Notes under the pieces: generated by a model
The model's input: the letters and a program-made list of their open reading frames with translations, nothing else
Databases searched by the model: none
Told to the model about the DNA's origin: nothing
Position numbers and translations under genes: made by a program
Shown: positions 23,622 to 36,820 of the stretch, in pieces
Layout of the letters: each line of letters opens with the position of its first letter
How positions within the stretch are numbered: position 1 is the stretch's first letter
Assembly (NCBI GenBank): GCA_040437565.1
Contig: JBDOQK010000004.1
Coordinates: 186,001-250,000 of the forward strand
Direction of reading: 5' to 3'
Origin: Albugo candida
Lineage: Eukaryota
DNA length: 64,000 nt

Positions 23622-26600
23622 TACTTTACCCTCTGAGACAGGATGGTAGACGATCGCCCTGCTGGAGAACAAGCCGTTGCCGTTGACCCGTTATGCTTCA
23701 TGTTGGCGAAGACGACTAGGAGGGGAATACCGGGAATGGAGAGAGGTCTGTCGGCTGGAAGCTGCTTGATGACTTGCTGCATCAGCTGTGTCCGGACGAC
23801 CGCAAGGTAGATCGCAGTCGAAGCAATTTTCGACTTCAGCTCCACACGGGGCTTGCGGATTGCCTGCGTACTGTGAATTTCGAGGACGCAAGACCTGGTC
23901 TCGGTGCCTCATCGTCAGCGAAGAAAAGAACAAGCTGAAGAGCGTACGGTCTGTTGTCCCGGGTATCCCTGCGTGATGCTCTCGGGGTGCCGGTGAGCAG
24001 GAGCAGCATCTCGGTCGTGTTGTAGCACATCGAGGCGACCCATGCGAAGTCGGTAGGCGATTGATAGGGCTCACGCTTCAGCAGTCAAACGGACATGGCG
24101 TGAACCAGCACAAACTTCCAGTCCTCGAAGACGTCCAAGATGGAATCATTCCGGGAGTCGAACGCTAGTCACGTGGAAAGCAAGGACGTCATATAGGCAT
24201 GGAGGACACCATCCGCGTGCTGAAACGTCTCTCAGTCTCAACCCGGCTCTGACCGCCTGTTCAAGGGCCTAAGACTTTGTCGGCCCCTCCCTTCCACCGA
24301 TCGTACGGTTCATCGTCGTGACAGGGATCGGCAGGTGCGTCGAGATGGCTACGCAGCTTGTCAAGGGCAGGTGCCAGATGCCAACGAGGATAGTGGTTCT
24401 CGTTTGGTCGTACGTCGTGTGTTGTGCTCTGAATGACATACCTTATTCGATGCTGCTGCTCAGTCTCTTCTGCGTCCCGCACGCGGAAACGCCTGTCCCA
24501 TGAAGCGGCTCGTACGTGTTCCAGCAAACCTCTTAGCCTAGGCACACCCTCGTCGTCTTGCCCTATTTCAAGCTACGCATGCGACCACGTAGTCAGCGAA
24601 GTAGATCGCCTTGTGCCTCTCTTCCAGCACTTTCCCCTCCTCTCGCTCTCTAATAGAATTCCCGTCTATAAGGCTTATCACTGACGATGCACTCTCTAGG
24701 GAGGACGGTGGCAGACTTCAAGACATGCTTCCTAAGCCAGACCAACAGATTACGATGATTTCAGCTTGCTCACCCTGCGATATGATCTCTTGAAGACAGT
24801 ACGGCTTGTTAGCGCGACCATGCAAGCATGGAGGAACGGGTCGATCGCTCAACATGTCATCACAGCGCAGAGACGTGCCCTGACATACTGAAGATTTTTC
24901 GGTGTTCTGGAGGCGATGTGCACTACCTCGAGGGATACGTATCAAATGCTTGACAACGTCGACGTCTGCCTGTCGTCTCGTAGGGACATGCTAATCCGTA
25001 ACGTCTTACGGAGGCCTATTGCCGCATGGATGCTTCCAAGCTACTCGATGCCCAAGGCTGGACATCTAGTTGGATTGGCATCCACAAGACGCATAGATCT
25101 GCCTGTTGATCCCAGAGCACTTCATCTCGGGCATCCGGACAGTCCAGTATCGAGCGGTAGCCAGTAAGAGTGTGCATCGACATCGCTTCGCATACGTTGC
25201 ACGAAGTCCTGTTCGCATTCGTCTAGCGTCGCGTCCTCACGGCTGGCGTAGGGCGATGCAAGTCACTACTCATCGAGTAACCGTACATCGTTCGACCCTG
25301 GAGCAGAACAGTCATGACGCTGACTCGACGAAGATTTTGTAGATGCTTGGCAAGACGCCACAGCCACTAGTATGCTGGCTCGGTAGCCCCTTCCCATGGA
25401 AACGACGTCCTGTTGAACGTGTAGGCTGATGCGCAGAGCATGATGCACATGATGCGGCATGCGTTGAAGCCTCTCGGGGAAGCGGGATAGACCACCCAGC
25501 TCTACTCAATGTCGAAGGGGACATGCTGGTGAAGCGGTCCTTATGTAAGGACTTTNNNNNNNNNNNNNNNNNNNNNNNNNNNNNNNNNNNNNNNNNNNNN
25601 NNNNNNNNNNNNNNNNNNNNNNNNNNNNNNNNNNNNNNNNNNNNNNNNNNNNNNNAAAGTCCTTACATAAGGACCGCTTCACCAGCATGTCCCCTTCGAC
25701 ATTGAGTAGAGCTGGGTGGTCTATCCCGCTTCCCCGAGAGGCTTCAACGCATGCCGCATCATGTGCATCATGCTCTGCGCATCAGCCTACACGTTCAACA
25801 GGACGTCGTTTCCATGGGAAGGGGCTACCGAGCCAGCGTACTAGTGGCTGTGGCGTCTTGCCAAGCATCTACAAAATCTCCGTCGAGTCAGCGTCATGAA
25901 TGTTCTGCTCCAGCGTCGAACGATGTACGGTTACCCGATAGGTAGTGACTTGCATCGCCCTACGCCAGCCGTGAGGATGCGATGCTGGACGAATGCGAAC
26001 AGGACTTCGTGCAACGTATGCGAAGCGATGTCGATGCACACCACCCGGTCGTTACAATCACTCTCTTCTAAGTCCTTCCAGATATTCGTCCTCGAAGTAA
26101 GCACGCTTTCCACAATCCACACCTTTAGGACTGTATAGGTCCGCCTCACGGCCGACACTGAGCTATGGTTGCGCCACCGTACGAGGAGGTAGAAAGCGAC
26201 ACCGAGACGTCACCAACTGCGACGAGGTAAAGCCTGCTTCAGCTCCCATGTATGCGATGGCTGAGATAAGCAAGATAGCGAAGCTGGTGAGAAGAATCTC
26301 ACTGACACATCTGGGCCGTTGCAGCCTTGCAAACCCACTTGCCTAGCCGCACACGCCACACCTTGAAGCACACTTCAATGCGGACATCTAGGCGACTGCT
26401 AGGCGCTCAGAGTCTTGACCCTGTACTGCGACTGCCCCGAAGAGGTCAGAGCTGTCGTCAAGCTGGACATCCTGCGAACCAATTGCTCTATCAACGGCTA
26501 CATCGATTCGTCTATCCAGGGGGCTGACGACATGGGTGACATCCTCAAAGGCAAGTAGGCGCGCATTATTAAGTTCATTCCCGAGTCACATGGGTTTTCA

Positions 26601-29097
26601 AAACTCGATGTCGAAGGGAAGGGAACGATGACAGCAGCGACCTCCCGTTTAGCTCGTCTAGACAGCTCGTACTTGGACACGGACTTAGGTGGACCTCCAC
26701 GAATCTTCACCTCCTGCTCCTCCGACAGCTCACTAATCACCTACTCTATCGAGTAATATGCTCTTACACCTGTAATTATAAGTGGCACGTAGAATTGTAT
26801 GCGTTGATGTTCAGCTTGCCAAACGACACCTCGTCATCTACTGGTTTCCTCACCGATATGACGCCCATGTCGAGAAGCCGTCTACCACTCTCGTCGATGA
26901 TAGGATGCGCAATCGAACAGAGTACTTCGCGGCCAGGTGGTAAGATGCACTCTGAGACAATTTACAACGCGACAACGAGGTCACACAAGGCACGGAAGAT
27001 GTCGGACCTGGCAAAGTAGTCACGCACAGTATTCAGCGTCTGCCCATCGATAAGCGGAACCGAGGACTTGCTTGTGCGTCGAAAAGCCTCCATCAGGTAA
27101 GCGTCTTGCAGCACCTTTGAGCCGAGATGGGCGGCTTCGAATGCGCGGATCAATAGACCCGTATAAGCGCTTTGAATCGCTTCGACAAGCCTGGTCGGTA
27201 GCTTCTGCAGTCCTTGATTTCGGCGGCATTGCTCACGCATGTAACCAGGCGGATGATCATCGAGAAGAAAAATTTCATGTTCTGCGGGACATCCATTACG
27301 CATTGGTAGATATGCCGTTTGGAAAGTCTGTGGCGGACTACTTTTCCAAATCGATCATCCTGTCCATAATGCGCTCCTGAAAGGCTGAAATTCGTCTCAA
27401 CAAGCTGATGAAGTTTAAGTGGTACAGAGTGTCGCGTGCGTCAAGCGAGTCAGGATTTGATGCTTCCTCCCTTAACAACAGGTGCGTTAACTTCATGAAC
27501 CTGTCCGCCCTGAGTGTAGATCGAGATGTAGAACGCGTACAGGTGGCGCCGGTTCACGACTGGTTTCGTTGCAACTGCACGCAGTGGATCGTGTTCTCGT
27601 CACACCTTCGCAAAAGGAGAGAAAGGATGGAGACCTTCATGCATAGGTGCACTGACATCGTTCACGAATTGAAGTAGAATCAAATACGCGTCTCCGAGGG
27701 GTTCCCGTGGGTCGGCAACTCAAGCACGTCTTGTTGCAGACGGTGACTTCTCAGAGTGGTACGGTGACTCGCTGGGTGCCTGAAAAAGAAAGATCCCGTG
27801 TCAGTGTTCAAGAACCCTGATATCTGGCTAGGGAGTACAGCTTTTCTGGGACGAAGCTTTACTCCGGCGTGTCCGGCACGATCCAGCAGGCGTTGATGGA
27901 CAAGAGGAAGCATGGACCCGGGTCGCATACTTCCAGATTTCTCCTGTCGCTGCTCACCGGGAAGCAGTCATTCTTTGTCACGAGGGATACGAGTGGTAGA
28001 GTGGACGTCGAGTCGGGTAGCCTGACGTGCGGTACAGCGGTTGCTGCGCTAACAGGCTCGACGTCGCCCAGCTTAGGGATCCCGCTGAAAGGTCCTCGAG
28101 ATGCCTACTCTCCGTGAATCTTGGCTGTCACCTATCGCGCATCAGTGCCTCTAAGACGGGAGTAGTCGAGTTAGCGCACTCTCTGTTCTACTCCACGTAC
28201 GTCGATCCTGACGCTGCAATCCCCAGCTCGCTGAGCGTTAACTATCTCTCGAAGACGTAATCACCCGTCGTGCTCGCTGCCGCAAGAGATCGTCGGGCCC
28301 GTAGCCTGTAGCGGCACAACGTTGTGCACTGGGAAGAATTCGAGGCGGTCAGACTTTACTTCGTAAATTCAGTCGATGGATCCCTACGCAGACGCTTCTG
28401 GAGAAGTCGCTTATCTGCAGTGCATGCGAGTCCATGAAATGGAGGTACTGCAGAGAAGCCGCGTAGTAGTTCATGGACACGTTCAACAATTCTAACAGCG
28501 TGTTGACTTCGATGCATGCTTCCACATTGTGCGACAAGAGCCCATGGAGCTGATGAATAGGTAGGTCGAGCCACGATACGAGACTGACCGCATGCCCAAG
28601 ATGAAGTGTTTCAGGATCAGGTGGTAGGTGGGGAACATCTAGTCGTGGTAAGCACTGCCGAATGGGAAGCGGACCCGTGGCATGCTACCCCGTAACATAT
28701 TACGGAATCAGGTGTCCGACGTCGTGATCTTCGAACCCCGCTTCATCGTCTCAGTACCCTTCGAGACAGGATGGTAGACAATCGCCCTACTGGAGAACAA
28801 GCCGTCGTCGTTGACCCGCCTGCTGACTACTATGCCGTTCTCGTAGTAATGCTTCATGTTAGCAAAGACGACTAGGAGGGGAATGCTGGGAATAGAGAGA
28901 GTCTGTCGACTGGAAGCTGCTCGATGAATTGCTGCATCAGGGAGTCTGGACGAGCGGGAGGCAGGTCGCAGTCGAAGTAATCGTTGACGTCAGCTCTACA
29001 CGAGTCTTGCAGATTGCCTTCGTACATACCGAGGACGCAAGACCTGGTCTCGGTGGCTCATCGTCATCGAAGAAGGGGAACAGGTGGAAGAGCGTGC
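23622..29097. repeat. Diverged direct repeat pair (~320-340 bp): ~23622-23947 and ~28755-29097
   Basis: Both read gagacaggatggtagac.atcgccct.ctggagaacaagccgt...gacgactaggaggggaat...cgaggacgcaagacctggtctcggtg; the left copy lacks ~26 nt. Confidence 0.9.
25170..26041. repeat. Long inverted repeat (arms 25170-25555 and 25656-26041) centred on an N gap
   Basis: The arms are reverse complements over ~386 bp with about 10 substitutions, all in the outer half; the inner ~180 bp are identical. Confidence 0.9.
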
Positions 29098-29407
29098 AAC
29101 AGCCGTGCTCTCTACAACTAAAGCGATCTTGTTCGCCATCAGCTATTCATTCATTCAAGCGGCTTAGTACATCATTCTCATCTTAGTCAATTTATTATAA
29201 AAAAAACTACAAATGGTCACTTTCATTCTCCTTTGATCCTTCTGACTACGCTCATATATTTTACGATAAAGACGAGCTGCGGTGATGGAGAAATTCTTGC
29301 CAACAGACCAAATCTTCAGATAATTTCTTTATTCTTTTCTTTTCTTGACGTCCATCAAACCTCCTGTCGATCATCAGCTACACTCGCCTCACATACCAAT
29401 CTTGAAC

Positions 29408-29850
29408 ATGACAACACGCCGAGAAACCCAGACAATGACACCTGCAAACATACACCGCGTAGGCGGGGTACGTACCAATTCGCAACCCAATTCAAAGATC
29501 CACACGACCAAGGCTTACCTCATCCGACAACGTAGCTCAACTTGAGCGAGAAATGAAAAGATAAGAGGTGAAATCTAATTCTCAAGAACGAAGTTCAGAC
29601 GATCAAAAAGATGTTTGCCGAAGAACACGCGAAATCGCAGCAGCAAAGCAATCCACTTCAACAAGTCCAGGAAGACAAACTTTCCACGTCTCAGGCAGGT
29701 ACTATGCTACTTACAATTAACGGCCTCTTGTAAGTCTATCCGGTCCTTTCGATATAAACAAAAAGGTCTCACAGCTTTTGGACATCATAGACTTGTAAAA
29801 TATCGTTCAAATTTAGCAAAGCCAGCACCCATCGATAGGCAATCAGGTTA
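29408..29850 (+). pseudogene. Coiled-coil family relic
   Basis: MTTRRETQTMTPANIHRVGGV; ctcatccgacaa shared with the 16.3 kb copy. Confidence 0.65.
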
Positions 29851-30594
29851 AAGCTGGGGTTAATAGAATCTGATCCACTCAGCCCTATATAGACAACAAA
29901 GTCGAGCTCATTGATGTTCTCTTCATTTGGACTCATAGTATTATAATCATTGTAGTAAAGCGCGTATTATATACCATGTCTGCTTGTGTCGATTGAAAAA
30001 GTAATTACAAAATTTAGACTTCCACTTGTTGCTTGTAGCTCGATTCTAATCATTCCAATTATCCATTTTGACTATAGGAATGCACAAAGTCCTCGTTGAT
30101 ACAGAACGATTCCCGCACAAGATCTTCAATTGTCTCCTTGATCTGCTGATCCTGATCAATGTCGAGAAACATGGAGATGACTCAAGTAGCAGTATCCATG
30201 TAAAGGATCAAGAGACGTACACCCGAGCGCCAATACGCAGAACTATCACGACAATCATAATGAGTGGATTAGTGCATGGATTTCGAGGTTATATCAAACA
30301 CGTGAGCAAGCGCCATCCAAGACAGCCTATCGTGAGTATCCGCAACATGTCTTGGTCCCATCAATATACACTTCAATTCCACTTGTCTGGGCCAATATGT
30401 GTCGATAGAATCTACAACTGGTCACTTTCATTCTCCGTTGCTCCTTTGCATTCTCTGTCTGACGATACCATTATGTATGCGATAAATTATGAGCTGCACA
30501 AGATGGAAAATTCTGGTCTAGACCAAACTATAGCATTCTTTTCGATTTCGAATCTCCTGTAGCTTCCCTTTCCTCAACAAACAATTTCATAAAG

Positions 30595-31305
30595 TAACGA
30601 CGCCTCGAAAAATAACTCAGCCATTGAAACCCGCCAGCATGCGCCGCATTGGTGAGGACTACGTCCCCACCAAGGACTCACTAAAGAGGTCGACACGAAT
30701 AAGATTGAACCCATCCCATTTAATAGCTCAGCTTACTCAAGAAATGAAGAGCTAGGGGTAGAAACGAGCAGCTGGAAACCGAAAGTCAAACGCTGAAGAC
30801 TATGTTTGCTCAACAAAGAAGCGATATCCAAGTATCATGTTCAACACGATCTGAAAGAAAGCAAAGCGATCGTGCGTCAAGTCGGTAAGTCCGAGGCGGA
30901 AGTAAGCTCGCTGAAGGCAAGCATTTAGGGGCACTCTTCGTGCTTATCCAGCTGCGCCGGCAAATTCGAAATCGAGCAAGAAAATGCCCGATCTAGACAA
31001 GTCGATGCTGACTTGCAAAAATTAAGGAACGCGCTCCATGTATACAAAGAGAAACCGGGACCAGCTCTCCCCAGTAGCATTCCGATATCGCCTAATTCAG
31101 AGCCACTCCATTCGAGACTTGAACCGTGGTGGGCAACCAGCCACTTTGTTCAAAAGCTGATCATTGCATTGATAACTGAAAACAAAGATCTTCCGCATCA
31201 AATCATCAAACTAAAAGCAACTAACGAGAAATTGCATCGTCAGATAAACGTTCTTCTGTCACAAGCAGCAAACTCCTGTCCTGGGCCGTAGGAAGTAGGA
31301 AAAGC
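30595..31305 (+). pseudogene. Coiled-coil family relic
   Basis: QPLKPASMRRIGEDY near 30618; ALITENKDLPHQIIKLKATNEKL...GP*EVGKA matches the 3' ends of the 15.5 kb and 17.3 kb copies. Confidence 0.65.
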
Positions 31306-32852
31306 TATTATTGATCGTTATTAATCATTCAAATATCAATCGTTTCTCTTTTATCATTCAATTTGTTCGCTTGCTAATACTGCCCCGTTACGAGATTTTC
31401 GGTCGAATGTTTTAGATAAATCCGTGAATATCATTCTGAATATATGTCCGCTCATGCAAGAACTTGAGCATGATACTAATTGGCAGGAGTGACGCTGGCT
31501 GACGAACCATAAAGTACAACCGTGGTAAAGGTGATACTGCTCGTGAAATACATCAATACGGTAGATTGTATCTATTCGTTAAGCCACCTCTGAGGACGAG
31601 ACGCTAATTTTGCATTAGCTCTAAAGATACTTTGCAGGGATTCCCAACTTGGAACCAAGTTAATTTATGAAGCAAGTACAAAACCGTGGCTTTATCCTCT
31701 ACAATGGAACACGAAAATCAATGTTTCAGTAAACCTTCCGACAACACAATACGCAAAATTACATCAACCTTCTATGATATGGTAAGACATCATCAAGTCT
31801 TCGACTTGGTCCACGATTCTCTACGAAGGCACCTCGACTTTTGCAAGAATGCAAAACTGCAACTAAAGGCACTTTTTTGGGCACACCAGATACCATGTAG
31901 CAATGCAAGTACTATATTCTTCTTACAGCGATCCCGATACCAATCCTGAATGCAATGCTTTCTTGGCACAAACGCATGAGTTCGCGATCGAAATGTCAAA
32001 CCGACTTTATCAATACAGCTTTCTCATCAAAAATGAGCACGACTTAATGGATGGAATACAGGCATCAACAAGAGATGAATAATATCGGCATAATGGAACT
32101 TTCATCGTCGATACTNNNNNNNNNNNNNNNNNNNNNNNNNNNNNNNNNNNNNNNNNNNNNNNNNNNNNNNNNNNNNNNNNNNNNNNNNNNNNNNNNNNNN
32201 NNNNNNNNNNNNNNNATTAGCTCTAAAGATACTTTGCAGGGATTCCCAACTTGGAACCAAGTTAATTTATGAAGCAAGTACAAAACCGTGGCTTTATCCT
32301 CTACAATGGAACACGAAAATCAATGTTTCAGTAAACCTTCCGACAACACAATACGCAAAATTACATCAACCTTCTATGATATGGTAAGACATCATCAAGT
32401 CTTCGACTTGGTCCACGATTCTCTACGAAGGCACCTCGACTTTTGCAAGAATGCAAAACTGCAACTAAAGGCACTTTTTTGGGCACACCAGATACCATGT
32501 AGCAATGCAAGTACTATATTCTTCTTACAGCGATCCCGATACCAATCCTGAATGCAATGCTTTCTTGGCACAAACGCATGAGTTCGCGATCGAAATGTCA
32601 AACCGACTTTATCAATACAGCTTTCTCATCAAAAATGAGCACGACTTAATGGATGGAATACAGGCATCAACAAGAGATGAATAATATCGGCATAATGGAA
32701 CTTTCATCGTCGATACTGCAAAGTGCAGCAGTCCTTTCATCAGACAAAGTACTAAATTGCGATTATAGACCAACTTTATCCAGATATTCGCTTTTAGAGC
32801 ATTCATTTTGTAATTGGACAAAACAATAAAGATCTAACGCGAATCCGAAAGA

Positions 32853-35299
32853 ATGGCATCGTTTCGATTCAGCCGAACTGCAAGAAATATTACTTTAGGA
32901 ATAGCCGGGACCGGTTCTCTCGCTCTTTGCGGGCATCATTACATAACTTCTTCTGTAGTGAATGCCAAAGAAGATCCAAAGCGATTTCTTAGTGCAGTCA
33001 CTTGTGAAGACGGCTCTATCATCAATCCTTGCGAAATTCCTTCGCGGGAAACACAAGTACAGAGACTTCGAAATCGTAAATTTGACATTTTAGTCATTGG
33101 AGGAGGGGCTACTGGCACAGGATGTGCTTTGGATGCTACAACTCGTGGGCTTAAAACAGCTTTAGTGGAAGCGAATGACTTTGGAGCTGGAACTTCAGGA
33201 CGATCTACGAAACTTATACATGGAGGCATTCGATACTTGGAAACAGCTTTTAAGAAACTTGATTATCCATCCTTGAAATTAGTTTATGAGGCACTGGAAG
33301 AACGAGCTTTTTTCCTTGGATCTGCACCATACATGAATCGACCATTACCAATCATGATTCCAATTTACAAATGGTGGGAAGTCCCTTACATGTGGGTTGG
33401 TGCAAAAGTCTATGATCTCGTTGCAGGATCGAAACGTTACGTACCAAGCAGCCACTTTATCAACGCAGACGAAGCTTTATTTCAATTTCCAATGCTACAA
33501 AAAAAGGGGCTGAAAGGAGCGGTTATCTACTATGACGGTCAAACTAACGACACCAGGATGAACGTATCTCTTGCATTGACCGCTACACAAAATGGTGCAA
33601 CTATTGCTAATTATGTGGAGGTGCTTGATATTTTGAAGGACGCTAATGGTAAGGTATGTGGTGCTCACGTCCGCGATAGAGAGTCAGGTCAAGAGTGGGA
33701 TGTTTCCGCCAGTGCTGTCGTAAACGCGACAGGACCTTTTACTGATTCCATTCGTCTCATGGATGACCCAAACAAGGAAAAGATTTGCGTACCAGCTGCA
33801 GGTGTTCATGTCGTCTTGCCCGACCACTTCAGTCCTCATCGAATGGGGCTAATTGTTCCTAAGACGTCCGATGGCCGCATCCTGGTAAGATTCTCATCTT
33901 TCTCGGCGTCAAACACAATGACTTCAAGTTTTCATGTCCTTTAGTTTTTCTTACCATGGGAGAATGCAACTTTAGCTGGTACCACTGATTCAGCCTCGGA
34001 GATCACAATGCTTCCTTCACCGACAAAAACAGAAGTAGATTTTATCATCAATGAAGCGAATCGTTATCTGGCGAAAGATGTCACACGAAACGATGTGCGA
34101 TCCGCATGGTCAGGTATCCGCCCTTTAGTCCGCGACCCACGTCATATGGCNNNNNNNNNNNNNNNNNNNNNNNNNNNNNNNNNNNNNNNNNNNNNNNNNN
34201 NNNNNNNNNNNNNNNNNNNNNNNNNNNNNNNNNNNNNNNNNNNNNNNNNNCGACAGGACCTTTTACTGATTCCATTCGTCTCATGGATGACCCAAACAAG
34301 GAAAAGATTTGCGTACCAGCTGCAGGTGTTCATGTCGTCTTGCCCGACCACTTCAGTCCTCATCGAATGGGGCTAATTGTTCCTAAGACGTCCGATGGCC
34401 GCATCCTGGTAAGATTCTCATCTTTCTCGGCGTCAAACACAATGACTTCAAGTTTTCATGTCCTTTAGTTTTTCTTACCATGGGAGAATGCAACTTTAGC
34501 TGGTACCACTGATTCAGCCTCGGAGATCACAATGCTTCCTTCACCGACAAAAACAGAAGTAGATTTTATCATCAATGAAGCGAATCGTTATCTGGCGAAA
34601 GATGTCACACGAAACGATGTGCGATCCGCATGGTCAGGTATCCGCCCTTTAGTCCGCGACCCACGTCATATGGCTGGCTCTACTGCACAGATCTCACGTG
34701 AACATGTCGTGGAGATTTCTGACTCCAACTTGGTGACTATCGCAGGCGGAAAATGGACGACATTCCGTCGTATGGCTCAAGATGCAATCGATGCCGTTAC
34801 CTTTGCCGTACCTGAAGTAGGCAAGAAAGCAGATACCTGCCAGACCAAAAACATTCATCTTATCGGTGCTGATCGCATTGGAGTGGTTTGCAACAAGAAG
34901 TTTGACAAAATCACAGTCACATTACGCGAAAATTATCATCTCGATAAAGATGTGGCAGAACACCTCATGCGGAATTACGGAACGCGTGCTCTGCAAATTG
35001 CAGAAATTGGAAAACGAGGATTTTTGGATCGCAAATCTGGTACTTTTCCACGCCGTCTTCATCCAAAGTATCCATATCTCGAGTCAGAAATCGTCTTTGC
35101 AGTACAACAGGAATATGCTATAAGGGTGACGGATATCATTGGTCGACGAATGCGTCTTGCATTCATTGATTCTGAAGTGGCTTTCCAGCTAGCACCAGGT
35201 ATTGTGCATCTAATGGGAGATCTTCTGAAATGGTCCAAAGATCGTCGACAGAGAGAATTGGAAGAATGTGAACAGTATCTGAACACAATGCGGCAATAG
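32853..35299 (+). CDS. GPD2: Mitochondrial FAD-dependent glycerol-3-phosphate dehydrogenase
   Basis: FDILVIGGGATGTGCALDA, GTSGRSTKLIHGGIRYLE, VVNATGPFTD, AWSGIRPLV, IAGGKWTT; intron 33885-33944. 33727-34150 is repeated at 34251-34674 across a gap (probable assembly overlap). Confidence 0.95.
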
Positions 35300-35751
35300 A
35301 TCTCCATGAGAATACATACCGGACGCAAGGTATACTTTTCTCGAAAAAAAATCACTTCAAGCAATGATCGGATCAGGAATTCATAAGAAAAAGTAGTTAG
35401 GCAACTCGTTAGTGGATAGGCTAACGTTTACATGTAAAGCTTGCCTTTGACTTATCTCTATGTCAGTTCAGTTTTGGAATATCACGTCGACAACGCTGCA
35501 AATTTTCACTACTTTGTAAGGAGCACCACTTCAAATGTCGTAGTCAGTGGAAGAAACTTTCACATAACAGTTAGTGCCGAAGATCATTTGGTAAGCTGTT
35601 GTCCTAGCAAGAGTGATATCTGTTTACATCGTCCCGAGATGGCAACGGTAATCCTAGCCAACCGGATACCACAGTCAATGCTGACGCCATTTGAATGCTT
35701 CTTTCCAGATTCATTCGAATTCTTTCCTCAGTTTTATCTTTTTATTTCATA

Positions 35752-36579
35752 ATGGCAATAATGCGTCAGACAAAGACCACTGGGGATACTTCTTTGGAAA
35801 AAAAGAGAATGACGCGTGCGATTAAAACATATACAGCTAATCAGATTTTGGAAAGTGAAGCTCGCGTATGGATTGAAGCAATCACCGCGATGCAAATTGG
35901 TCATGATTTTGGCTTAGGCTTGCGCGATGGAATTATCCTGTGCTCATTGATTAATAGGATTGAACCCAAGATGATCCGATGTATTGAAATCAATTCAAAG
36001 CTAGGATTTAAAATGGTAGAAAACATTCTCAACTTTTTGAATGCATGTCGTAGCATTGGTGTATCCGAAGCTGAGCTTTTCGAAACAGTCGATCTCTTCG
36101 AGATGAAAAATATAGGTACAATAGTCTCTTTCTACGAGTGATATTACATTACAAAGACGTTTGTCGCTTTAGGTATCGTCGTCCGCTCCATACACGCTCT
36201 TGGCCGAGCAGTACAGAGAAAATATCCAAATTTTGCGGGGCCAAAACTCGGAGGAAATGAAGCAATTAGGAGTGGAAGGACACCGCCGGTAATCAAGCTA
36301 ATGAAAGCCAAATGGGTGCCTTCGAAGGCGGATATGGGGAAAATTCCACGTCTAAATCCCACTATCTCCAATCACATAACGTTTGCCGCTGACGCTGTCA
36401 GAAAATTCAATCGACCTCCTCCACCGCCGCCTCCGTTGTCCGCTGAAAGATTGCGAATAGTGTTTGGCGATTTGATGCAAATCCATGATGAAGGAACGAG
36501 TACGAATATAAAAAAATACCGTTGGAAGGAGGATCCGGTGAGCGCCGCAATGGATGTACCCAATCCGGCTGATTCGTGA
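35752..36579 (+). CDS. Calponin-homology (CH) domain protein, transgelin/calponin-like, with a polyproline tract
   Basis: EARVWIE, GLRDGIILCSLINRI, MVENILNFL, ELFETVDLFEMKN; intron 36116-36172 joins to VVRSIHALGR...GPKLG and continues in frame to RPPPPPPPL. Confidence 0.88.
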
Positions 36580-36820
36580 TAGGTAGAGTAGACATTATCG
36601 GTTTGAATTCTTTGATATTTCAATCATATGAAACTCCACGTTGAGTCGCATAAATTCGAAAAAAATAAGCCGGATGATATCGTACGCACAGATTTGCACG
36701 TTATGAACAATTCAACAATTCGCCGTTTCTATGAAACCTCTGGAACTAAATTCTTCTAGTCAGATAAGTTCACCTAAAGCGAATAAGTAGAGCATTTATT
36801 TGTGCTTTGAATTCACACAA

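Larger units (their letters stand above)
23555..29110. other. GC-rich island of degenerate, rearranged coding sequence of unknown (possibly viral) origin
   Basis: Spot GC counts 36/60 (line 24301) and 33/60 (line 27001), with AT-rich flanks; long frameshifted minus-strand reading; internal direct and inverted paralogous segments; no RT, integrase or transposase motif recognised. Confidence 0.6.

Noticed and set aside
23622-29097. LTR retrotransposon bounded by the direct repeats
   Set aside because: The repeats lie inside the degenerate reading frame and lack evident TG...CA ends, PBS or PPT; no pol motifs found between them.
30068-30562. 164 aa plus-strand ORF
   Set aside because: Non-ATG start, no recognisable motif; the opposite strand looks more like a decayed coding sequence.
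33727-34674. Internal duplication in GPD2
   Set aside because: Apparently identical sequence on both sides of a 100-N gap; typical unmerged contig overlap.
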